This document shows, in pieces, positions 30,259 through 39,932 of a stretch of DNA of 64,000 nt. Within the stretch, counting starts at the first letter, position 1, and every line of letters starts with the position of its first letter. Origin of the DNA: Candidatus Gottesmanbacteria bacterium (lineage in GTDB: Bacteria > Patescibacteriota > Microgenomatia > UBA10105 > UBA927); the NCBI GenBank assembly GCA_016214885.1, contig JACRMP010000005.1, positions 70,725 to 134,724 of the forward strand, in the 5' to 3' direction. A program made the translations under genes and the position numbers. A model generated the notes under the pieces. It was not told where the DNA came from and searched no databases. It was given only the letters and a program-made list of their open reading frames with translations.

Positions 30259-32481
30259 CTATAGTACAGGACTGTGAATAATTGCCAATCCGTCATACGA
30301 ATGTTTTTTCTGCATAGCTTCCCGTTTTTGCGCAGTATATACAGGCAGTGAAAAACTGAAAATCGCCCCCATCCCCTTACCGTCTGAATGCCCTTCTATA
30401 ACGCCTCCATGGAGATCAATAATGGATTTGCATATAAACAGTCCGAGACCGGTACTCTGGGTAGCTGCGGAGGTGGTCTGGGAAGAGGTCTCCAGCGTGC
30501 CAAATTTTGTAAACAATTTATCCCGCATTACAGGGTCAAATCCCTTCCCTGTATCGGTAACAGAAATGGTGATGTACTCGTTATCAGACCTGACGGCTAT
30601 AGTGATACTCCCATTCCACGGAGTAAACTTAATGGCATTTCCAATAAGATTGATAAGCACTTCTTTGATTTTATCCGTATCTGCAATGACATCAGGGACG
30701 GAATCCTGCGGCATCCTGACATTAAGATGTAGACCCTGCTCCTCAATCCTGGGACTTACTTCGGCGACAACATCCCGCAGTATGGTGCCAATATCCGCCC
30801 GGGAAAACTGGACCGCAAGCCGTCCGGATTCTATACGTGAAATATTTAACATGTCATTTACCAGCCGTATAAGACGGTCTGCCGAGCTGAATGCGCGGTC
30901 CAGATAGTACTTCTGCTTCTCAGTGACTTCCCCTCCCTTACCGGAAAGTGCCATCCATAAGTATGAACGGATGCTCGTTAACGGCGTTCGCAATTCATGT
31001 GAAGCAAGTGACACGAATTCATCTTTGAGCTTATCCAGTTGTCGCAGTTTTTCATTTGCCCCCCGTAGATCCTGAGTCGCCCGGGAGACCTCATCTTCAA
31101 GCGTCATATTAAACCGTCGTATTTCTTCGTAGGAAAGTGAATTCTCTATCGCGACCCCGACTTCAGGGGATATAATTTCCAGAACATGCACATCTTCATC
31201 GGAATATCTCTCACCTGAAAGTTTTTCTCCGGTACACAAAAGTCCTATGACTTTATCCGATGTCTCCAGGGGCAGCAACACCGACGCATCCAAAGATTCA
31301 AACACCATCTGAATAAGCGGATCCTGCTCATCATCGCGGTGGTGAACTCCGCTTGTTGCTGAGGTATGCACAGCAACAGACTCATGCAGCTCCGGGGTAA
31401 GATCATACCCTTCGGAGATAATGGTGAATATCCGTTGCCCGTGGATTAATACAATGCAGGACTTTGTTATCCGCAGCTCCTTATTTAGCTGTTGCAAAAA
31501 CTGGTGAGTAAGATCTTCCAATCTCAAAGACCGGGCCATTATTTTTGCCAGCCTATACAGTACCTGGGCTGTATCATATTTATTTTTGAAAAAAACTGCG
31601 TCAGTCGTTTGTTCAATCACCCGCTTAACACTCGGAAACGTCAGTAACATTATTAGCGCTGCAATGGTAGAAAGAATAATAAAACGAGGATCGATATACG
31701 GTGATACCAGGAGTGACGCCATCGATGAAAACACCAACGCATAGATAAGACCGAAAAGAGAGATAAGTACCGCATAGGATACCGCCCGGGCAATAACAAG
31801 CCGTATATCCAAAAATTTATGCCGGATAATTGCATACGCAGTGGCAGCCACAAACGGCAGTGTATAAAGCGGACTGAATGAAACAAACGATGACTCCTGG
31901 AACAGAACAACCAGCACAAAATTAAAAAATATAATAAGCGTGAACATGACCACAACACCAAGGCCAATTGCCTGAAGCTGGGACCGTAGTATTCCTTTTG
32001 AAAATCTAAGACGCCGGATAAGCGTCCACACGCCGGCAAGTACGGAACCCACTGCAACCAGAACAAACAATGGCATCGCCGGTCCCGGCGTAGGAGAAGG
32101 CGTCCCATCCACAAAAATTATCGACGGAAAAAGAAAAGGACTCACACAAAGTCCCATGGTAATAATTCCCAAAACCATTAGCGCGCCAAGGCGTGATGCG
32201 GGCATACTGATACGTGTTGACGGCAGGGTGTATATCAGTAAAAAAAACAATATGGCCTGCGGTACGGCAAGCGCCATAACTATTCTTGTCCAATACAATA
32301 CAGTGAGCAAATCCGTATACTGAAGCGTCAGGTAGTTAGCCGCCGACCAGAGACTGATATCAAGGGTCAGCAAAAAGAAGAGAAGCGGGGTAGCGCTCCG
32401 CCGGTTTCTAAGATACACAAAGAGTCCTAATAGGATATTGGCGGCAATTCCGGTGATAAGTATGGGCAGGTTTATATTCAT
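30259..32481 (-). CDS. sensor histidine kinase (7TM-type N-terminal sensor, GAF, HisKA, HATPase)
   Basis: Many N-terminal TMs, YAIIRHKFLDI, ASHELRTPL, LIGNAIKF, DTGKG, TGLGL. Confidence 0.92.
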   Translation of the reverse strand: MNINLPILITGIAANILLGLFVYLRNRRSATPLLFFLLTLDISLWSAANYLTLQYTDLLTVLYWTRIVMALAVPQAILFFLLIYTLPSTRISMPASRLGALMVLGIITMGLCVSPFLFPSIIFVDGTPSPTPGPAMPLFVLVAVGSVLAGVWTLIRRLRFSKGILRSQLQAIGLGVVVMFTLIIFFNFVLVVLFQESSFVSFSPLYTLPFVAATAYAIIRHKFLDIRLVIARAVSYAVLISLFGLIYALVFSSMASLLVSPYIDPRFIILSTIAALIMLLTFPSVKRVIEQTTDAVFFKNKYDTAQVLYRLAKIMARSLRLEDLTHQFLQQLNKELRITKSCIVLIHGQRIFTIISEGYDLTPELHESVAVHTSATSGVHHRDDEQDPLIQMVFESLDASVLLPLETSDKVIGLLCTGEKLSGERYSDEDVHVLEIISPEVGVAIENSLSYEEIRRFNMTLEDEVSRATQDLRGANEKLRQLDKLKDEFVSLASHELRTPLTSIRSYLWMALSGKGGEVTEKQKYYLDRAFSSADRLIRLVNDMLNISRIESGRLAVQFSRADIGTILRDVVAEVSPRIEEQGLHLNVRMPQDSVPDVIADTDKIKEVLINLIGNAIKFTPWNGSITIAVRSDNEYITISVTDTGKGFDPVMRDKLFTKFGTLETSSQTTSAATQSTGLGLFICKSIIDLHGGVIEGHSDGKGMGAIFSFSLPVYTAQKREAMQKKHSYDGLAIIHSPVL

Positions 32482-32489
32482 GACGGTCG

Positions 32490-33650
32490 TTACAGTCCTA
32501 GTTTACGGATAAATTCTTCACGCACGGCACTGTGCCGGGAATACTCGCTCGCTATGACAGCAACAGGAGAAAATATCGCTTCGGGGGATATTACAACTTT
32601 TCCCTGAACAACAGGCTTCCCTAACACTATCAGCCGCACCACATAACTTACAACAGATCCCGCCATGGAAGCAGCGTTTCCTAATTGCGGCCAGGTATAT
32701 AATGTTTTTCCCAATTCCAAAAGCGACGTCATCATGCGGGTAGCAATATTTTCAGGCCGCACCCACCTGCTTATTATCCGGGCGGCGACCGGTCGTGGCG
32801 TGTCGGGGCGTATTGCAAGAAGCTCCGCTTCAGGAATATCCCCGTGCATAAGCGGCCGCTTATGATCAAGATCAAACCGCTCTATATCTACTACGACTCC
32901 GTCACCGTTGTCTGCGGCCATAACTACTGGAATTCCGTGCTTCCGGGCGAGTGTCCGCAGACGGATTTTAAGATACAGATCATCCATCTCATCCACCACT
33001 ATATCAAGAGGCTCGGGTTCCAGAAGAAATTCTTTTATGTTTTTTTCCGTAAGACCGGAATCAAAAACCGTAAGATCAGTAAAAGGATTCACCAATAAAA
33101 CTTCGCGTGCGGCGACAGTTGTTTTTGATACCCCCAACAAATCAAAACCTGCCCGGATACGGTTCATATTTGAACCCGACAGCACATCGGCGTCCGCTAT
33201 GCGCAGATATTTCGCGCCTCCGGTATGAACAATATTAGATACAACCGCGTTCCCGACACTGAGCCCGGCAACACCCACACGGGCACGGTAATACCGGCGC
33301 TGCTCGGACAGCGTGATAAGGTTCCTGTTCCTTGCAGTGCGGAGCTCCGTATGAAGCGCTTCCGGCAAAAAATGGATAAGCCGCTTACCCCAGGGATACC
33401 AGGCCCAAACACCGAACATGTCTTTGGATTTTCCCCGGTAAATACTTTTGATAAATTTTTCGAGTAGCACAGCTGATACCCCTTCGCGGATCACACTGGG
33501 ATTGCGTATTTTGTATAACTCTTCAAGCTGGGAATACAGCTCATCTACCAACTGCACGTCCGCGCGGCGTTTTAATGCTGCTAATCTCACGGCATCCCGG
33601 GACTTGCTTGGATTAAAAAGCTCACAATGGTTATCGCGGGAGTTACTCAT
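32490..33650 (-). CDS. ThiF/E1-like adenylyltransferase (Rv1355c/MoeY-like N-terminal type, no nitroreductase tail)
   Basis: WYPW, RTARNRNLIT..EQ, VAGLSVG, ADADVLSGSNMNR, TWPQL. Confidence 0.85.
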   Translation of the reverse strand: MSNSRDNHCELFNPSKSRDAVRLAALKRRADVQLVDELYSQLEELYKIRNPSVIREGVSAVLLEKFIKSIYRGKSKDMFGVWAWYPWGKRLIHFLPEALHTELRTARNRNLITLSEQRRYYRARVGVAGLSVGNAVVSNIVHTGGAKYLRIADADVLSGSNMNRIRAGFDLLGVSKTTVAAREVLLVNPFTDLTVFDSGLTEKNIKEFLLEPEPLDIVVDEMDDLYLKIRLRTLARKHGIPVVMAADNGDGVVVDIERFDLDHKRPLMHGDIPEAELLAIRPDTPRPVAARIISRWVRPENIATRMMTSLLELGKTLYTWPQLGNAASMAGSVVSYVVRLIVLGKPVVQGKVVISPEAIFSPVAVIASEYSRHSAVREEFIRKLGL

Positions 33651-33683
33651 AAATCAGCCTCAATTTCATTGTAACAACTCCCC

Positions 33684-35201
33684 TTATGTTTTCCTAACCC
33701 ATTTGTGCTTGCCTGAGGAAGAGAAATGCGGGGGACTCCCATATGGCCAGCAAAACACATTTGGCGTCATACGGCGCTCCCCCATGCTTTTTAAATTATT
33801 GGCAAACTCTGAATTGTGTTCTGTTAGCTCGCTGATAATTTGCGCTTGTATCTCACGCATTAGCAATGCTGAGCTTTTACTGTTTTTCTGCAGCTCCACA
33901 TGCACATTCCATGATTGGTTCATTTGCTGATCATAATATGCCTCTGCAGTATGCTTACCGGTTAATACTTTCCTGAAACGGACGGCTTCCAGCGCCCGCC
34001 GTATTTCCTGCGGATATATATTTGCTCCGAATATTTTTACGGTAAAATCCCGGCGTTCAAACAAATATACAAACGGAATATTCCAGACCGTCGCTGCAAT
34101 GCCCGCCTTCTTAATTTCCGCATCCAGATTAACGCCGTATGCAGCAAAAACTTTCTGCATCTCTTTGAAGGTAAGAATTCCTCCCGTATCCATAAGATCG
34201 TACCGCACCAACGGAATACCGCTTCGTGCCGTACATAAAAGATTTCCGGAATCTGCCTCAAAATAAAACAGTTCAGGAATATATTGGGCAAGCGTAGGCT
34301 GATTATGCTTTTGTCCGAATAGAGCTTCATTTAATACCGGGTTTTTGACCGCCAGCCTGCGGACAAGAATCGCAAGCGGCGTTTCATGCGCCATTGTCCC
34401 CAAATCGACACTGCCATAATGATTTAATGTATCAGTATATTCATGGAGGAGGCCTGCATGTTTTATGACGTAAGTACGGAACGCTTCAGAAAACCCTTCC
34501 GCGGAAAAAATAAATTTTACATGGCTTTTTTTCCACTCCATCCCCCTGCGCTCACCTTCATCTATAAGATCTTTTATCATCGGGGGGTACCCTCCGATAA
34601 TGATCTGATCATAAAGAGGAGCAAATTTCTGCACTGCTTTAAGTATTTCGTCGCTGGAGGTTCCCGGCGTAATAATGCTTAATGGGTACTTGCCGCGCTC
34701 TGCAACTATACGGATAGCTGCATAGCTAAATACTCCTCCGATCCACACCCCCATACCCCAACCGACAATAAACAGCGTTGATTTCGTATGAATTGAAAAA
34801 TTTGACCGCAAATACATTTCAGCAACGGCGGCATACTGCAAATCCTGCTCCTGGGATCGCGGAAAATAAAACGGGTCACCTGTTGATCCGCTGGTTGCAG
34901 ACACGATACGCGGCATACCGGTTAAGCTTCCCATCCAACAAAGATCGGTGAGCGAATATTTTCTTAAATACGAGTCTTTGCCGATAATTGGCGCGGACAA
35001 AAAATCCCGCATCCCGGGCTTTTTCGGCAACCGTATATGAAAATCTGCAAGATGTTTTTTATATGCGGGAACGTTCCTTGCCATGTCTGCAAGCAGAGCG
35101 CAGGCCATACGCTCCCCCCTCTTTATCCAATACCCCTCAGATTTCGTACCCAACAGTGCCGCCCACCGTACCGGATCGTTTATCAGCGCAATCGTTTTCA
35201 T
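33684..35201 (-). CDS. phenylacetate-CoA ligase (PaaK)-like adenylate-forming enzyme
   Basis: ATSGSTGDP, YGSVD, PLVRYDLMD, GANIYP, C-terminal SGKH. Confidence 0.85.
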   Translation of the reverse strand: MKTIALINDPVRWAALLGTKSEGYWIKRGERMACALLADMARNVPAYKKHLADFHIRLPKKPGMRDFLSAPIIGKDSYLRKYSLTDLCWMGSLTGMPRIVSATSGSTGDPFYFPRSQEQDLQYAAVAEMYLRSNFSIHTKSTLFIVGWGMGVWIGGVFSYAAIRIVAERGKYPLSIITPGTSSDEILKAVQKFAPLYDQIIIGGYPPMIKDLIDEGERRGMEWKKSHVKFIFSAEGFSEAFRTYVIKHAGLLHEYTDTLNHYGSVDLGTMAHETPLAILVRRLAVKNPVLNEALFGQKHNQPTLAQYIPELFYFEADSGNLLCTARSGIPLVRYDLMDTGGILTFKEMQKVFAAYGVNLDAEIKKAGIAATVWNIPFVYLFERRDFTVKIFGANIYPQEIRRALEAVRFRKVLTGKHTAEAYYDQQMNQSWNVHVELQKNSKSSALLMREIQAQIISELTEHNSEFANNLKSMGERRMTPNVFCWPYGSPPHFSSSGKHKWVRKT

Positions 35202-35270
35202 AATAATTTCCCCTCATCGCCTCCACAGCCTTGTTTGAGTTTATCCCATGCGTGGGGTAAGATACAAAAG

Positions 35271-35675
35271 ATGGCAAAACGCATACTCATCGTCGATGAC
35301 GATTCATTTATCCGGGAGCTCTATGAAGAAGTGCTCAGAGATGCCGGATTTGATATCACCACCGCAGAAAACGGTGAATCAGGACTTGCACACCTTTTGG
35401 AGGGAGGATTTGATGCAGTGCTCCTGGATGTGATGATGCCGAAATTAGACGGGTTAGGAGTACTCACCAAGCTCAAAGAGTCCCATCCTAAAAAACCAAA
35501 CGGACCCATTATTCTGCTTACCAACTTAGATCATGACCCGATTCTTGATAAAGCGATTGAACTTGGAGCAGTGTCCCACGTGCTTAAAGCAGACATCCTG
35601 CCGCCGGCTCTCGTCACCTTGGTTAACAAAACGCTAAGCCACTCCACTAATGGAACTCCCCAACCTGGCCAATAA
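35271..35675 (+). CDS. single-domain response regulator (receiver)
   Basis: ILIVDDD, LLDVMMPKLDG, LLTN, VLK; true start ATG 35271 with TAAGAT 7 nt upstream. Confidence 0.9.
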   Translation: MAKRILIVDDDSFIRELYEEVLRDAGFDITTAENGESGLAHLLEGGFDAVLLDVMMPKLDGLGVLTKLKESHPKKPNGPIILLTNLDHDPILDKAIELGAVSHVLKADILPPALVTLVNKTLSHSTNGTPQPGQ

Positions 35676-36699
35676 GATTATAAATAGGCGCAATGATGGC
35701 CATCATCATACCACCGACAACCACACCTACTAATACAAGAATAACAGGCTCAAGCAGCGTCATAAGATATTGAAGCGTGGTGGTGACCTGATAATCAAAA
35801 TACTCTGATAAATCCTCCATGGATTTATCCAAAGAGCCGCTCCGCTCCCCGACTTCTATGATTTTTATCATCAGTGACGGAATGGATTTTTGCCCCCGCA
35901 AGCCATCCGTTAACCGCTTGCCGCCGCCGACATATTCGCGTGCTTTTGCTATAGCCTCACGTATTTCCCGTTTCATAGCAACAGCTTGTGTTAATTCCAG
36001 CGCGCTATAGAGAGGAATGGCAGAAACCAGCAGCAGATACATGCTCCGCGAAAACCGTGTTAAATCTATCTGCCGGGCGATAGAAGACACATATGGCAGA
36101 TTAAGCAATATATTCACAACAAATGCGCGCTTCTGCTTGAAAAGGAAAATAATAAGAAGAATGAATCCGAAAACAACAAGCAGTGTCGGGACGGTGTAAT
36201 TTAATACCAAATTCGATAATCCTATAAGTATCCTGGTCGGCAGAGGCAGATCTACCCTAAGCCTAAGGAATACTTCCGAAATCTTCGGAATGACAAAGGT
36301 AACTAAAAGCAGCAACACCCCAAAAAATACGACGAGTATAACCGCCGGATACGTTAAAGCGGAACGGATCTTGTCACCGAATTCCATATCTTTTTTGATT
36401 GTATTTTTTACATCCTTAAGCACCACGTCTATCGTTCCTGATTCCTCCGAAGCCTTAATGATGGCGACCGTAACACTGTCAAACACTTTGGGATATTTTG
36501 ATAATGCGGTATGCAGCGGCTTTCCCTGGGTAATATCCGCTTCGATTCCTGTAAGCACTATTTTCAGATTTCCTACAGAATCCTCCAAAAGCGAGTTAAC
36601 CGCCTCTGCAAGGGTAAGCCCTGCATTTACCATCGTAGATAAATTACTGAGGAGCCCCAATTTTTCAGAATTCTGCAGTGTTATATTTTCTGATTTCAT
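35647..36699 (-). CDS. pilC: type IV pilus platform protein PilC/GspF
   Basis: ASEESG, ALTYP, GERSGSL, LLEP. Confidence 0.92.
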   Translation of the reverse strand: MKSENITLQNSEKLGLLSNLSTMVNAGLTLAEAVNSLLEDSVGNLKIVLTGIEADITQGKPLHTALSKYPKVFDSVTVAIIKASEESGTIDVVLKDVKNTIKKDMEFGDKIRSALTYPAVILVVFFGVLLLLVTFVIPKISEVFLRLRVDLPLPTRILIGLSNLVLNYTVPTLLVVFGFILLIIFLFKQKRAFVVNILLNLPYVSSIARQIDLTRFSRSMYLLLVSAIPLYSALELTQAVAMKREIREAIAKAREYVGGGKRLTDGLRGQKSIPSLMIKIIEVGERSGSLDKSMEDLSEYFDYQVTTTLQYLMTLLEPVILVLVGVVVGGMMMAIIAPIYNLIGQVGEFH

Positions 36700-38372
36700 A
36701 GTGTTTCCACCCGCGTTACCCTGAGTATTTCCTCTATCGTCGTCACCCCTTTAGACACCTTAATCAGCCCGTCATCCAGCATGGTAAGCATCCCTTCGGT
36801 AATTGCCTGCTGGGCAATCACATCGCTGTCTTTCCGTTCGGTAATGAGTTTACGGATTTCTTTTGTTATCTCTAAGACCTCGAAAATACCTACCCGCCCC
36901 GCATAACCCGTAAACCGGCAGTTTTTACACCCCTGCCCTTTATAGACTCTGATTTCTTTGTTTACTCCCGTAGGGATGTAGTGCTTGCTTATGATGGTTG
37001 CCGGAAGATTTTTCTGTAACTCTGCTTCAGTAATAGTTGTTGATACGCGGCAATAATCACAAATTTTCCGTACCAGACGCTGCGCGACAATAAGACTCAC
37101 ACTGGATGCGACAAGGAACGGCTCTACATGCATGTCAGTAAGGCGTGGAAGCGAGGTGGCAGCATCATTTGTATGAAGCGTCGAGACGACTAAATGACCG
37201 GTAAGAGCGGCGTTGATGGCAATACCGGCGGTTTCGGGATCACGGATTTCTCCGACAAATATAATATTGGGATCCTGACGCAAAATAGAACGCAGCCCAT
37301 TGGCAAATGTTAAATTGGTTTTTGTATTCACCTGAATCTGATTAACCCCCTTAATCCTGTATTCCACAGGATCTTCAATGGTCGTAATGTTTTTATCCCG
37401 GACGTTTAAGATTTTCAGCATGGCGTAAATTGAAGTCGTCTTGCCGCTCCCGGTAGGACCAGTCGACAGAATCATGCCGTATGACCTGTGGAGTGCGGCG
37501 TTTATTTTATTTATCGCTGCTTCTTCCATGCCAAGGTCAGCAAAACTAAACAGCTTAAAATGGGAAACCAATAACCGCATGACCACCTTTTCCCCCTCCA
37601 CCATGGGAATAATGGAAATACGGATATCCACTGACTGCTCGTCATGTTTGATACGCACTTTACCGTCCTGGGGAGCCGAATGTTCATCCGTACGGAGGTT
37701 TGCCAGTACTTTGATACGGCTTACCACCTGGCTGTGCATTGTTTTAGAGAAGTTCAGCACGTCATGAAGAATTCCGTCGATCCGGAACCTCACTAATGAA
37801 TCTGCCTCCCCCGGCTCAATATGGATATCAGAAGCAGTCTCATCCACCGCGCTATGCAGCAATAAATCGACAATCGTAGAGATCGGCGCTTCATCCTCCC
37901 GTTTAAAACGCTTCATTAAATCGGCAAATACCGACTGCAGCTCGCGCCTATGGAGCTGTAATGCATTATGAATGTCGTGCTCGGTTGCATAATGGACAAT
38001 TATTTTCTGACGGATTTTTTTCTCAAGGGCGGCAAACACTGGAGTATCAGAAGGATTTGCTGCCGCAACTTTTAATCCTCCCTCGTCCCGTGCAAACGGG
38101 ATGATTTTATGCACTTTGGCGAACTTATCCGGAATTACCCGATATACTGATTCCGGAATAGTGACATCAGCCAAATTAACAAACGGCACGCCCAAATGTT
38201 CTGCGATAAGCTTTCCCAGATTGGTGTCGGTAATGACATTTTTTTCAAGCAGCGCATCAACGAGAGGGACCCCTGCACTCTTGGCAAACTCAACGACTGC
38301 TTTAAGCTCAGCTTCAGTCGCCACATGCGACTGGATCATCAGCTTCTGGAGGATTTCATCAGAAATATTCAT
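36696..38372 (-). CDS. pilB: type IV pilus assembly ATPase PilB/GspE
   Basis: ASDIHIEP, GPTGSGKTT, TIEDPVE, LRQDP..VGEIRD, TGHLVVSTLH, two CxxC. Confidence 0.95.
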   Translation of the reverse strand: MNISDEILQKLMIQSHVATEAELKAVVEFAKSAGVPLVDALLEKNVITDTNLGKLIAEHLGVPFVNLADVTIPESVYRVIPDKFAKVHKIIPFARDEGGLKVAAANPSDTPVFAALEKKIRQKIIVHYATEHDIHNALQLHRRELQSVFADLMKRFKREDEAPISTIVDLLLHSAVDETASDIHIEPGEADSLVRFRIDGILHDVLNFSKTMHSQVVSRIKVLANLRTDEHSAPQDGKVRIKHDEQSVDIRISIIPMVEGEKVVMRLLVSHFKLFSFADLGMEEAAINKINAALHRSYGMILSTGPTGSGKTTSIYAMLKILNVRDKNITTIEDPVEYRIKGVNQIQVNTKTNLTFANGLRSILRQDPNIIFVGEIRDPETAGIAINAALTGHLVVSTLHTNDAATSLPRLTDMHVEPFLVASSVSLIVAQRLVRKICDYCRVSTTITEAELQKNLPATIISKHYIPTGVNKEIRVYKGQGCKNCRFTGYAGRVGIFEVLEITKEIRKLITERKDSDVIAQQAITEGMLTMLDDGLIKVSKGVTTIEEILRVTRVETL

Positions 38373-38503
38373 AGGCAGGTCTTCCGTATACGGACACTCT
38401 CTTCATCATAGTGGATAAAGGGGGTCTGAAACAATGCCGGTGAATCCGTGATTGACAAACACACACGTTCCTTTCTATGCTAGATAAAGAAAGAGGAGGA
38501 ATT

Positions 38504-38638
38504 ATGAAAGCTAAATCTGCCCGTGCAAAGAAAGCTGCACACCCGAGTGAGAGTATTATCATTCAGTTTGGAGTCGCATTTATTGTTGTTGCCGGATTTG
38601 CGCTCCTCATGTATGCGGTCAAGTATTTTCTGCCGTAA
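38504..38638 (+). CDS. 44-aa single-TM small protein (absent from ORF track)
   Basis: MKAKSARAKKAAHPSESIIIQFGVAFIVVAGFALLMYAVKYFLP; SD GAGGAGG; TTGACA-18-TATGCT promoter. Confidence 0.75.
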   Translation: MKAKSARAKKAAHPSESIIIQFGVAFIVVAGFALLMYAVKYFLP

Positions 38639-38775
38639 CAACGAAAAGTTGAATGCACTTGCATCTTGCTGAGTCTTCTTAACCGATTGACGATCTTTCC
38701 TGATGCCTTCGACGCAAATACAGCAAACCTGGAGGCCAATGGAGGAGACGGATCGCTATTTCCGCTACTGAAGAA

Positions 38776-39864
38776 CTATTCGAGGTAATCCTTCAACTTC
38801 TTGGAACGGGACGGGTGACGGAGCTTTCGCAATGCTTTAGCCTCTATCTGCCTGATACGCTCCCGCGTAACACCAAATTGTGCACCAACCTCTTCGAGCG
38901 TACGCGGTCGCCCATCCTCCAGCCCAAACCGGAGAATAAGCACTTTCTTTTCTCTGTCTGACAATGTGGCAAGCACCTCTTCCATGTGTTCCTTCAGGAG
39001 CTGGCGGGAGGTCTGATCATAAGGGGTGGGACCCGGATCAGAAATGAAATCCCCAAGATGAGAGTCTTCTTCGTCACCGACAGGAGTTTCCAGGCTTGTC
39101 GGCTCCTGGGAAACTTTCATGATCTCGCGCACCTTCACTACATCCACTTCCATTGCCTTGGCTATTTCCTCAGGTGTCGGCTCACGGCCTAAATCCTGCA
39201 TGAGCCTGCGGCTGATTCTTGCAAACCGGTTGATCGTTTCTACCATGTGAACGGGAATCCGGATCGTTCTGGCCTGATCAGCGATAGCCCGGGTAATTGC
39301 CTGACGGATCCACCATGTGGCGTATGTCGAAAACTTAAACCCTTTTCGCCAATCATATTTCTCAACGGCACGGATTAGGCCCTGATTACCCTCCTGGATA
39401 AGGTCCAATAAACTCATGCCTCTGCCGATGTATTTTTTGGCGATGGAAACAACCAGCCGGAGGTTGCTTTCGATAAGCTTCTTTTTGGCTCTCCGGTCGC
39501 CCTTCTCATACCTCTTGGCCAGACTCATCTCGTCGGCAAACGTAAGAAGCGGAATACGTCCGATTTCTTTTAGGTACATCCTGACCGGATCAGAAATACC
39601 TTCATCTGAAGCCCGGACTAATGCTTCTATTTCTTTTTCCAGATCGGCAATGCTTTTTCTGGCTTCCTGCTCGATATCAGCGCTTGTCGTTTCAAAAACA
39701 TCAACTCCCGACCGGATTAGCTGATCATACAGATGATCAAGATCTGCTATTTTGTCTTCGGGTTTAGGAAAAAGGGCAAGGATATCGTCCTGAGTTACAA
39801 ATCCGTTTGACTTGCCTTGTTTAAGAAGATTATCACTGGAACCAGCGGCTTTGGATTTTTGCAT
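38776..39864 (-). CDS. rpoD: RNA polymerase primary sigma factor
   Basis: [51 protein letters not shown]; SD GGAGGT before ATG 39864. Confidence 0.97.
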   Translation of the reverse strand: MQKSKAAGSSDNLLKQGKSNGFVTQDDILALFPKPEDKIADLDHLYDQLIRSGVDVFETTSADIEQEARKSIADLEKEIEALVRASDEGISDPVRMYLKEIGRIPLLTFADEMSLAKRYEKGDRRAKKKLIESNLRLVVSIAKKYIGRGMSLLDLIQEGNQGLIRAVEKYDWRKGFKFSTYATWWIRQAITRAIADQARTIRIPVHMVETINRFARISRRLMQDLGREPTPEEIAKAMEVDVVKVREIMKVSQEPTSLETPVGDEEDSHLGDFISDPGPTPYDQTSRQLLKEHMEEVLATLSDREKKVLILRFGLEDGRPRTLEEVGAQFGVTRERIRQIEAKALRKLRHPSRSKKLKDYLE

Positions 39865-39932
39865 GAATTTACCTCCGAGAGTCAATGCCGTCAAGCGGCA
39901 TCGGACTTCGCTTATACGGCATTATAACGCAT

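Noticed and set aside
35037-35270. N-terminal extensions in the ORF track (response regulator; likewise smpB to 63763, decarboxylase to 58313, HTH-LAGLIDADG-like to 61201)
   Set aside because: They overlap neighbouring genes or tRNAs and precede the family-typical start
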